A stretch of 64,000 nucleotides of DNA from an uncultured Clostridia bacterium (lineage in GTDB: Bacteria; Bacillota; Clostridia; Christensenellales; UBA1242). The stretch spans positions 1,448-65,447 of the forward strand of contig CALEWH010000021.1 in the NCBI GenBank assembly GCA_937925475.1, given 5' to 3'. Each line of letters begins with the position of its first letter. Position 1 is the first letter of the stretch. Both the position numbers and the translations under genes were made by a program. Shown here one piece after another: positions 56,210 through 64,000 of the stretch. Below the pieces are notes generated by a model that saw nothing but the letters and a program-made list of their open reading frames with translations, searched no databases and had not been told where the DNA came from.

Positions 56210-57345
56210 CTGCCTGTACCTTCTTTATATTCTTTTATGACTTTATCAAACGCTTTAACAAAGTCAATAACTTCTTGTTTTGTGTTGTACGAACTAAAAC
56301 TAATACGAAGAGAACCTTCAATTTCAGAGTCACTAAAACCCATAGCTGAAAGAATACGATTCCCCTTTTTCTTGCTACTGCAAGCCGAACCATTGCCTAC
56401 CATAAAACCTTCATCGTCAAGTTTGTGAAGTATGGTTTCACCACGCAAATTTTTACACAACAATGACACTATATATGGCGAGCAATTTTCATTAGATACA
56501 ATTATCGGTTTGTATTCAATTTTAGCCAATTCTTCTATCAAAGTGTTTTTTAGTATAGTTATGTATTCATAATTATTTTTAACATTATCACATGCATACT
56601 TTACTGCACTTGATAGTACCACTATTCCTGCTACATTTTCTGTTCCGCTTCGAAGACCACCTTCTTGACCACCGCCAAAAACAATCGGTCTTAGATTTAC
56701 TCCACCTTTTACATAGAGCCCACCTACACCTTTACACCCATGTATTTTGTGACCGCTTATTGTATACATATCTACGCCAAGTGATGTCACATTTACAGGG
56801 ACTTTTCCAAGTGCTTGTACTCCATCGCAGTGAAAAATAACATTTTTATTGATATTTTTTGCGTATTTTACTAATTTTTGAATAGGATTGACTGCACCTG
56901 TCTCATTTGATACGTGCATAATTGAGATAAAACAAACATCTTTTGACATCTTGTTTTTAAAGTCTACTTCATCAACAAATCCTTCTTTTGTGAGATTTAC
57001 AAACTCAACATCATAGCCCAAATTTTTCAATTCAATTGCTGTATTGTATATTGATGGATGTTCTCCAATAGAAACAAGTATTTTGCCTTTTTTAAACCTT
57101 TTAGCAAAATTAATTGCCATATTATTAGATTCGGTAGCTCCGCTTGTAAAGATAAAATTGTCATTAATTTTTCCACCAATACTTGAAATTACGCTTTTTC
57201 TCGAAGTAGAAATGATTGTTGCAATATCTGTCCCAGCCTTATAAATTCCACCAGGATTATAATACAACTCTTCGTTATATTTTAATAACAATTCACCAAA
57301 TTGTTTATGCATTTTTGTTGTACTTGCATTGTCTAAAAATACCAT
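56206..57345 (-). CDS. cysteine desulfurase (NifS/NifZ/IscS family), ThiI partner
   Basis: Start ATG 57345 behind GGAG. PLP lysine in SGHKIHG and active-site Cys in GSACSS. Overlaps thiI by 4 nt. Confidence 0.9.
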   Translation of the reverse strand: MVFLDNASTTKMHKQFGELLLKYNEELYYNPGGIYKAGTDIATIISTSRKSVISSIGGKINDNFIFTSGATESNNMAINFAKRFKKGKILVSIGEHPSIYNTAIELKNLGYDVEFVNLTKEGFVDEVDFKNKMSKDVCFISIMHVSNETGAVNPIQKLVKYAKNINKNVIFHCDGVQALGKVPVNVTSLGVDMYTISGHKIHGCKGVGGLYVKGGVNLRPIVFGGGQEGGLRSGTENVAGIVVLSSAVKYACDNVKNNYEYITILKNTLIEELAKIEYKPIIVSNENCSPYIVSLLCKNLRGETILHKLDDEGFMVGNGSACSSKKKGNRILSAMGFSDSEIEGSLRISFSSYNTKQEVIDFVKAFDKVIKEYKEGTGR

Positions 57346-57407
57346 AGTCTTTTTCTCCAAAATCAATGATATTATAACACAATGTAAAGCAATATACAAT
57401 TATTAAA

Positions 57408-58088
57408 TTAATATGGAACAAAGTTAAGCAATGTAGACAAACTATCACTATACAAATACACTTCGGGCACACTTCCAACAATAATACTCTCACTTATCAA
57501 TACTTGTTGGGTTGAAGTAAATCTCTTTGTGTATAGTGGCATTACTATACCCACATTCGCATTTATGTTTATATAAATACGATGTATAGTCTGGTTTATA
57601 CCCGCCTGTTCAAATTCGGACACAAATTTGCACATTACCGCACCGATAGGAGTGATTTTCAATTTTATATCGGGACCAGTTCCAGCGAGTATAGGTATTC
57701 CCGAAAAAGAGCCCAAAGGAATACCAACACCCAAATCACCATAATCATCAATAAGTTTTTCAGTTGTTTGAGCCAGCTTTTTTGAAATATTGTTTGCTTC
57801 AATAGCATTTGCTTGTATCATCGAAATATTTCCTAAGTCATCAGTTGTTATTGTTATAAGATTTTCGTAGCGAACATTGTCCCTAACTACAATATTTATC
57901 GCTTCGTTTATAGCGCTAGTCGATACAGCTTTGCTTTTTAACTCTATTGTGTTTATAAGAACTGGATTGACAAATAATGCAAATATTGCCATCACGACCA
58001 CAAACAACAAAAAGAGAATAAGGATAACCTTATTTCTCTTTCTTAGTTTCTTTCTTTGTTTTTTATTTCCCTTAGTACAAGCCTTCAT
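57408..58088 (-). CDS. yunB: sporulation protein YunB-like
   Basis: Basic N-terminus plus one TM segment. The C-terminal segment FEQAGINQTIHRIYININANV...ISESIIVGSVPEVY resembles the YunB family signature as I recall it. Confidence 0.6.
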   Translation of the reverse strand: MKACTKGNKKQRKKLRKRNKVILILFLLFVVVMAIFALFVNPVLINTIELKSKAVSTSAINEAINIVVRDNVRYENLITITTDDLGNISMIQANAIEANNISKKLAQTTEKLIDDYGDLGVGIPLGSFSGIPILAGTGPDIKLKITPIGAVMCKFVSEFEQAGINQTIHRIYININANVGIVMPLYTKRFTSTQQVLISESIIVGSVPEVYLYSDSLSTLLNFVPY

Positions 58089-58130
58089 ATAATAATATAT
58101 GAATTAGCGTTCCAATTATGAAAGGGACAA

Positions 58131-58493
58131 TTAATATTTTTTGGTTCTGCTACTAAATATCAGTGCAAATATATAAGCAAATATAACAGCAGCAGTTATT
58201 CCACCAGCAGTTGCAGTGAGTCCGCCCGTAAACGCTCCTAGCAAACCTTTATCTTTAACCGCATCAATCGCACCCTTAGCTAGACTCCTGCCAAATCCCG
58301 TTATCGGAACAGTTGCACCAGCGCTTGCGAAACTTACTATCGGATCATACAAATCAAAGGCTTCAAGTACCGCACCAATACACACAAATAGTACTAGTAT
58401 GCGCGCACTTGTTATGTTGGTTCTTATAATCAAAAGTTGACCAAGCATACAAATAAATCCACCAACTAAAAACACTTTTAGATACAACAACAT
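58131..58493 (-). CDS. spoVAE: stage V sporulation protein AE (SpoVAEB type)
   Basis: 120-aa membrane protein of the SpoVAC/SpoVAEB family (FLVGGFICMLGQLL, ATVPITGFG). Follows spoVAD. Confidence 0.88.
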   Translation of the reverse strand: MLLYLKVFLVGGFICMLGQLLIIRTNITSARILVLFVCIGAVLEAFDLYDPIVSFASAGATVPITGFGRSLAKGAIDAVKDKGLLGAFTGGLTATAGGITAAVIFAYIFALIFSSRTKKY

Positions 58494-59503
58494 TATAGTC
58501 CCTCCTCACTTTCAATTACTATCGCGTGGCATATCCCTGGTATAGAGTCACCTTGCTGACTACTAAGCGGACTCAAAAGTGCCCCAGTAGGCGCAAATAA
58601 CACTTTTTTAAGTTCTTTTCTTTTCAATTTTTCCATTATATACGAATTAAACACTGCAGCACTACAACCAGCTCCACTCCCACCTTGAAATGTTTTTTGA
58701 TTGTCATTAAATATCATTTGACCACAATCGCAATAATTATTGCCAAGTTTTATTCCTTTATTTTCAAGTAAGTCAATCAATGTATCACTGCCAAGTTTTC
58801 CAAGATCGCCAGTAATGATTAGATCATAATCTTCGGGTTTGGTTTTAGTATTTTTGAAGTGATTCAATAAGGTATCCATTGCAGCAGGAGCCATTGCGCC
58901 ACCCATATTGTTGACATCCTTCACATCATAGTCCACAACTTTTCCAAAAGTAATTTGACTTATAAATGGACCTTTGCCCTTGCTCGAAAGAATACTGCAT
59001 CCCCCGCCAGTAATTGTCCATTGACTTGTAGGCGGTCTTTGATTTCCAAGTTCTAGCGGAAATCTATATTGTCTTTCAACCGAACTAAAATGACTAACAG
59101 TCGAGCACGAAGCTTTGTTTATATAGCCCCCATCAATTAAAATAGCCCCCATAGCTAGCGTCAAAGCCATTGTCGAGCAAGCACCATAAAGACCCACATA
59201 CTGCAAACTTAGTTCGCGCGCAGCAAAACTAGATGAGATGATTTGATTAAGCAAATCACCACTAAACATTATGTCAATATCTTTTTTATCAAGACCCGCA
59301 TTTTCAAGCGCACCTTCTATTACTTTAATCGCAATTTGTCTTTCACTTTTTTCAAAGGATTTTTGACCAAGTTTGTCATCTTCTAATATGCAATGAAAAT
59401 ACTTGCTAAAATTTCCATTGCCTTCCTTACTTCCTACTATCGAATAATTGCCAATAATTCGCGGTTTATTTTTTAAATAAATTGTTTTACTTTTACTCCC
59501 CAT
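58493..59503 (-). CDS. spoVAD: stage V sporulation protein AD
   Basis: 336 aa with a thiolase-like fold (GACSTMALTLAMGA, GGSGAGCSA). Lies between spoVAC and spoVAE. Confidence 0.9.
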   Translation of the reverse strand: MGSKSKTIYLKNKPRIIGNYSIVGSKEGNGNFSKYFHCILEDDKLGQKSFEKSERQIAIKVIEGALENAGLDKKDIDIMFSGDLLNQIISSSFAARELSLQYVGLYGACSTMALTLAMGAILIDGGYINKASCSTVSHFSSVERQYRFPLELGNQRPPTSQWTITGGGCSILSSKGKGPFISQITFGKVVDYDVKDVNNMGGAMAPAAMDTLLNHFKNTKTKPEDYDLIITGDLGKLGSDTLIDLLENKGIKLGNNYCDCGQMIFNDNQKTFQGGSGAGCSAAVFNSYIMEKLKRKELKKVLFAPTGALLSPLSSQQGDSIPGICHAIVIESEEGL

Positions 59504-59512
59504 AAATCCTCA

Positions 59513-59971
59513 CTAAATAAACAGATAAATTATTCCTACAATTACAGAAATAGCAAGACCATTAACAATTACTGGCCCCGCAACAGTGAACATTTTTACA
59601 CATAGTCCAAAAATAATGCCTTCTTTTTTAAATTCAATAGCTGGACTTGCAATCGAATTGGAAAAACCTGTAATCGGAACAATCGAACCAGCACCTGCAA
59701 AAACACCTATCCGATCATACACACCAAGTCCTGTCAAAAAACTAGCCAAGAATATAAGAATAATTAGCATCCATGTAGTCGCTTCTTCCACAGTCATTGT
59801 TTTAAAAATCAACATCAAAATATCCATTATCCCTTGACCAATACAGCATATCAATCCACCAACCAAAAAAGCAAATATTAGAGTTGGAAACTGCTTTGTT
59901 TGCGGTATCTTTTTTTCAAGATATTCGTTATACTTTTTATTTCTTTCTTTGCTATCCATAAATTCACCCAT
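59513..59971 (-). CDS. spoVAC: stage V sporulation protein AC
   Basis: FLVGGLICCIGQG and GSIVPITGFSN motifs. ATG 59959 is an alternative start. Confidence 0.9.
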   Translation of the reverse strand: MGEFMDSKERNKKYNEYLEKKIPQTKQFPTLIFAFLVGGLICCIGQGIMDILMLIFKTMTVEEATTWMLIILIFLASFLTGLGVYDRIGVFAGAGSIVPITGFSNSIASPAIEFKKEGIIFGLCVKMFTVAGPVIVNGLAISVIVGIIYLFI

Positions 59972-60067
59972 TCAATAATGCACCAAAAATTGTCTTGATA
60001 AACATAAATTTTGATAAATATTTTTCAAAAAATGCAACAAAATAGAATTATCATATGGAGGAAAATT

Positions 60068-62278
60068 ATGTTTAAAAAAATATTTACTTACACTCTTTGC
60101 GTATTACTTATATGCGTAATGCTTACAGGTTGTAACAACAAAACTACACAAGCAAAAGTAGGCAAAAACCTAGACCAAAATCTCAAAAAACTATATACTA
60201 CTGTCACAAACCTAGACACTATTGACAATAACTATATAAATAACCCAGATTTGCACATCAATACTAATAAATCAAATTTAGTAAAAAACACAGCAAAAAT
60301 AACAACTTTATCAAACAATATTGTAAATATAGATAAATACAATATGTTTGATAACGAAACCGATAATACTAATGATATGGTTCAAAAATTATTAATTAAA
60401 GAACTTGAAAAAAGGTTATCTCTTAATAACAATGGCTACTGCAATAGTTGCAACAATAGTTATAGTTGTGACAATGACGGATATTGCACAAATTGTGGAA
60501 ATGCCATACTTTGCGACGAGAATGGAAACTGCACATATTGTAAAAATTGTCTTACTCTAAATGACTCAAATACTTGTTCTAGTTGTAACAAAAGTTATCT
60601 TATTAATAAGGTAAATAACACAAATAATAATAGCGAAGACAAAATCGGAATTAGTGATTTTGATCTAAACAATGATGATCATGAATACACCATTACTCCA
60701 CTAACAAATGTAGTAAATAATGATGACCAAGCAGTTGATGATAGCACTACCACCCATTTAGACAATCAAACAGAATATGAAAACAATAATGAAACAAATA
60801 ACACAATTAATAACGATAATTTAAACGAAAATAACAACATAAGCACTAACGAATCAATTGATGATGAAGTAGAAGTTGATGTTGACAACACAGGCAAGGA
60901 AAGTAATGTTGTTGACGACATTATTGTATCTGACAACAGCCAAGAAACACCTGTTACTGACAACAATGATACTGTACCAAACATCAAATTTTTCTATTAC
61001 ACAAATGATAGTTTTGAACCAATCAAATTAAGATACAATCCAAGATTTATAACAAATTACAATGAGAATGACATCAACGAACAATTATCTAATTATTTGT
61101 ATAAAGTACAAAGACTATATGCTATGACAGAAGATGCCCTACAAGCAAATAATATTTTATCTACTACAAAACAACAACTTCTTGATGCTATCATTGATAT
61201 TAGAGAATTAAACGAGTGTATTATTAATGGTAGTTGCACTCCTACAATCCAACAACTTCAAGCATTAAGTAATTATTCGTATGATATTAAAAATACAGTG
61301 AAGAAATTAAAATCTTGTAATGGTGACTTAGAAAACGAAGTTACAACAATAAATTCTAATATTCCAGCAAGTATTGCTTCAAGCGTAGATGTTATGAATA
61401 GCAATTATGTCAAACTAATCAATCTACTTGATACACGCATAACATATCACAAAAGTGCAATAGCAACTCTTGATCAAATTAGATTTTTATTAGAAGAAGC
61501 CGTAGGAACAGAAAATATAACTGATAAAGAAATAATTGACATTATAGAACAACTAACTCCTAACAACAACGAAAATATTGATAAAAATACAGAAAACGAT
61601 ATTGAACAAGCAGTTATTATTAAACAACAACCTGAAGACACTACAATCGTAGATGAAAATACAGTTGTTGAGAATAATCAAGAAAACACAACATCAGAAG
61701 ACATTATCGAAGAAAACAATAGTTTCGAAAATCAACAAACAGACACCACACAAGAAATTAGCGAAAGTGACACAAACGAAGTAAGTAACAATAAAAAAAG
61801 CATAAAAAATATTGACACTTATCGTGACAATCTTAACACTCCATCAGAAAATAACGACATAACACCTATTGACAATAATCAACAAATTTATGAGCAAGGT
61901 AGACTTGCTGACGACAATATGACAAATTTCGATGCAAACAACAATGTTGCTGACAACAACAATGGATTGTATGACAATAATACTAATGTTAATGGTGGTT
62001 ATGGAATCGTAAATAACGGCGTGAATGACGGAATTTACAAAAACAGTGTTATTAATCAAAACAATTTAAACAACAATGATGGTTATGGCGGATATTATTA
62101 TGACAATAATGGTGTTATACACAACAATGGCGTAAACAACAATAACGAATATGGCAATAATGGAAACACCATTGAAAATAATATCAACCGCAACAACAAC
62201 ACTAACACATATGGTTATAACACCATGCTTGACATAATAAACCAAGGAACAGTCAACAACGGAATAAATACACTATAA
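60068..62278 (+). CDS. large Asn-rich lipoprotein with a CxxC-rich module (736 aa, unknown function)
   Basis: ATG 60068, 6 nt after GGAGG. Signal peptide with lipobox LTGC (Cys22). 11 Cys in residues 125-173. Long N/D/E/T low-complexity tracts, a central helical region, and an N/G/Y-rich tail. Confidence 0.8.
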   Translation: MFKKIFTYTLCVLLICVMLTGCNNKTTQAKVGKNLDQNLKKLYTTVTNLDTIDNNYINNPDLHINTNKSNLVKNTAKITTLSNNIVNIDKYNMFDNETDNTNDMVQKLLIKELEKRLSLNNNGYCNSCNNSYSCDNDGYCTNCGNAILCDENGNCTYCKNCLTLNDSNTCSSCNKSYLINKVNNTNNNSEDKIGISDFDLNNDDHEYTITPLTNVVNNDDQAVDDSTTTHLDNQTEYENNNETNNTINNDNLNENNNISTNESIDDEVEVDVDNTGKESNVVDDIIVSDNSQETPVTDNNDTVPNIKFFYYTNDSFEPIKLRYNPRFITNYNENDINEQLSNYLYKVQRLYAMTEDALQANNILSTTKQQLLDAIIDIRELNECIINGSCTPTIQQLQALSNYSYDIKNTVKKLKSCNGDLENEVTTINSNIPASIASSVDVMNSNYVKLINLLDTRITYHKSAIATLDQIRFLLEEAVGTENITDKEIIDIIEQLTPNNNENIDKNTENDIEQAVIIKQQPEDTTIVDENTVVENNQENTTSEDIIEENNSFENQQTDTTQEISESDTNEVSNNKKSIKNIDTYRDNLNTPSENNDITPIDNNQQIYEQGRLADDNMTNFDANNNVADNNNGLYDNNTNVNGGYGIVNNGVNDGIYKNSVINQNNLNNNDGYGGYYYDNNGVIHNNGVNNNNEYGNNGNTIENNINRNNNTNTYGYNTMLDIINQGTVNNGINTL

Positions 62279-62306
62279 AAAAGTCACTACATTGTAGTGA
62301 CTTTTA
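62278..62306. terminator. bidirectional terminator (lipoprotein gene and sigF)
   Basis: aagtcactaca/tgtagtgactt hairpin flanked by A- and T-runs. Confidence 0.75.
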
Positions 62307-63026
62307 ACTTAGTACGCCTTTTATTTTTTGCAATATTTTACTTTCCAATCTACTAATTTGTACCTGACTTACTCCAAGTTCTTCGGCTATTTCTTTTTGT
62401 GTTTTATCACGAAAATACCTTAATATGATGATTTTTTTATCTCTTGGTGGCAAGTCTTGTATTACTTTATAAAGCATATGATTTTCCATATCTTTATCAA
62501 GCGACTCTTCGCCTTCGACTTTATCAAATAAGGTCATATCTTTGCCATCATCATCGCCTATTGTTGTATTGAGTGAAACTATTTGCTTGCTACTTTCCAT
62601 AGCATAGACTACATCATATACATCAACACCAAAATATGATGCAATTTCTTCAAGCGTCGGAGATCTCAAAAATAGATTATTGTACTGATCAATATATTTT
62701 GTAATTTTAATTGATAAAGTTTTGATTTTTCTTGAAATCTTTATTATTCCATTATCTCGCAGATATCTTTTGATCTCACCAGCAATCATGGGCACTGCAT
62801 ATGTGGAAAACTTCACATTATATGTGCTATCAAAATTATTGATTGCTTTTAAAAATCCAAGACTACCAAGTTGGTACAAGTCATCATATTCAATCCCCTT
62901 ATTCAAGTAAATCTTTACTACGCTCTTAATTAGCGGTGAATTTTCACTTATTAGTTTTTCTTTTGCGTCGTCATTATTCTTTTGTGCTTCCTCTATTAAT
63001 TTTAAAGTTTGTGAAGCATCAAGCAT
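62304..63026 (-). CDS. sigF: sporulation sigma factor SigF
   Basis: Sigma-70 regions 2-4 (DLYQLGSLGFLKAI, YAVPMIAGEIKRYLRD, QKEIAEELGVSQVQISRLE). Directly follows spoIIAB. Confidence 0.93.
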   Translation of the reverse strand: MLDASQTLKLIEEAQKNNDDAKEKLISENSPLIKSVVKIYLNKGIEYDDLYQLGSLGFLKAINNFDSTYNVKFSTYAVPMIAGEIKRYLRDNGIIKISRKIKTLSIKITKYIDQYNNLFLRSPTLEEIASYFGVDVYDVVYAMESSKQIVSLNTTIGDDDGKDMTLFDKVEGEESLDKDMENHMLYKVIQDLPPRDKKIIILRYFRDKTQKEIAEELGVSQVQISRLESKILQKIKGVLS

Positions 63027-63027
63027 C

Positions 63028-63474
63028 TTATCCTCCCATAGCCATATTCACAACGCCAATTTTCTTAGACATAGAAACCACAACTCCTTTCCCAAGAGTT
63101 GACACAACCTCAACCTCGTCCATAAATCCTTCCATAACAGTAAAACCCATGCCACTGCGTTCGGAATTTGGTTTTGAAGTGTAAAAAGGTTGTTTTGCCC
63201 TGTTTATGTCAGCAATTCCTATGCCATAGTCGGTGACAGTTATGTAAACAGTGTTGTCGTTTATTTTCACATTTACAATAACATCACCCACACCATTTGG
63301 ATATGCATGGACAATCGAGTTTGTAATCGCTTCACTTAAAGCGGTTTTGATATCACCAATCTCCTCAACGGTGGGATTGATACTTGCTATAAAACCCGCT
63401 ACACTCATTCTGACAAAACTTTCGTTTTCTTTAATCGCTTTAAACCTTAATGTCATTTCGTTTATATATCCCAT
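63028..63474 (-). CDS. spoIIAB: anti-sigma F factor SpoIIAB (serine kinase)
   Basis: HATPase N-box EAITNSIVHAY, G1 DYGIGI, G2 ERSGMGF. Confidence 0.93.
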   Translation of the reverse strand: MGYINEMTLRFKAIKENESFVRMSVAGFIASINPTVEEIGDIKTALSEAITNSIVHAYPNGVGDVIVNVKINDNTVYITVTDYGIGIADINRAKQPFYTSKPNSERSGMGFTVMEGFMDEVEVVSTLGKGVVVSMSKKIGVVNMAMGG

Positions 63475-63482
63475 CTCAACTC

Positions 63483-63791
63483 CTAACTGATCTTGGGCAT
63501 AATTTCGTATAGCCCACTCATATTAAATATTCTTTCTATCTGACTGTTTGCATTTGTGATGTAAATGCTTTTGTTTTTATTTTTTAAAATTTTGTAACGA
63601 CCTATCAAAACCCCTATCCCAGTACTATCCATAAATTCGAGTCCGGATAGATCGTAAATTAGTTTGTTGAAAACACTTTCTTTTATGATTTTATCAAGAA
63701 TTTGGCGAGTGTAATTTGCTGTATACTCATCGAGTTCGCCACATAACATAATGTATAAAGTGTTGTTGTAGAGCTTTTTCTTAATTTGCAT
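63483..63791 (-). CDS. spoIIAA: anti-sigma F factor antagonist SpoIIAA (STAS)
   Basis: Start ATG 63791, 5 nt after GGAGG. The track's ATG 63803 contains that SD. Phosphorylatable Ser context FMDSTGIGVLIG. Confidence 0.9.
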   Translation of the reverse strand: MQIKKKLYNNTLYIMLCGELDEYTANYTRQILDKIIKESVFNKLIYDLSGLEFMDSTGIGVLIGRYKILKNKNKSIYITNANSQIERIFNMSGLYEIMPKIS

Positions 63792-63921
63792 CGCGTCCTC
63801 CATTTCGTTTTTATCATTATAACAAATACCATATTAAATAATATGAGAACATTGGTCGAAAACACACTTTTTATGTCGTAATAAAAAAGTCAAAATATAT
63901 GTTCAAATTTGAGAAAAATCC

Positions 63922-63950
63922 TTGACAATAGCCAAAGTATATAGTAAAAT
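63922..63950 (+). promoter_or_regulatory. sigma-A promoter of the downstream tRNA gene(s)
   Basis: TTGACA (63922-63927), 17-nt spacer, TAAAAT (63945-63950). Confidence 0.6.
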
Positions 63951-63974
63951 CTATTCGTTATCATAAAAGGATTT

Positions 63975-64000
63975 CGGGGTGTAGCGCAGTTTGGTAGCGC
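63975..64000 (+). tRNA. 5' part of a tRNA gene, truncated by the window edge (Pro-like 5' half)
   Basis: cggggtg-ta-gcgc-agtttggta-gcgc gives an acceptor strand plus a complete D arm. GTAGCGCAG..TGGTAGCGC is typical of tRNA-Pro. The anticodon is not in the window. Confidence 0.6.

Noticed and set aside
59972-60067. Sigma-G/sigma-F type promoter for spoVAC and a sporulation-sigma promoter for the lipoprotein gene in the 96-bp divergent gap.
   Set aside because: Only partial matches were found (for example CATTATT with a poor -35 box), and they would leave almost no 5' UTR. This is not strong enough to annotate.
63901-63924. A sigma-H-like promoter (AAGGATTT ... GAAC on the minus strand) upstream of spoIIAA.
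   Set aside because: The spacing between AGGA and GAA(C) is about 4 nt too short for the RWAGGAXXT-N14-HGAAT consensus, and the -10 element reads GAAC rather than GAAT. The segment also overlaps the opposite-strand tRNA promoter.

Overview
This AT-rich window comes from a low-GC Firmicute, an endospore former with Clostridia-like gene order. Most of it is conserved housekeeping sequence. The left 33 kb is a single plus-strand block: argS, a ytxC-like gene, thrS, infC-rpmI-rplT, yebC-ruvCAB-queA-tgt-yajC-secDF-recJ-rel-hemZ, rpsO-pnp, ftsK-rimO-pgsA-cinA-recA. A class A PBP follows on the minus strand, then miaB-mutS-mutL-miaA and lexA. The right end carries rnhA, tRNA-Trp, rny, thiI with a cysteine desulfurase, yunB, spoVAC-AD-AE and spoIIAA-spoIIAB-sigF.

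Two regions do not fit this housekeeping pattern.

1. An accessory stretch at about 43.1-52.5 kb. It holds a tyrosine recombinase and an orphan 287-aa protein. It also holds a 394-bp gene-free segment with dense dyads and an orphan terminator, a DUF45/M48-type HExxH peptidase, and a membrane-tethered PadR-family regulator. A TVP38 protein and an ABC transporter with a very large extracytoplasmic domain complete it. An exact 11-mer, TTTGCATAGTA, occurs four times around the peptidase and PadR genes, plus two reversed 9-mers.

2. A 736-aa Asn-rich lipoprotein gene on the opposite strand, inserted between sigF and spoVAC. It has a CxxC-rich module.

Other points worth a second look:
- The Rel protein has lost all HD hydrolase residues.
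- CinA is degenerate.
- An orphan gene between thrS and infC has paired 11-bp operator-like inverted repeats.
- A variant SOS box is shared by lexA, recA and possibly ruvC.

All functional calls rest on motifs and synteny read by eye. No database search was run.
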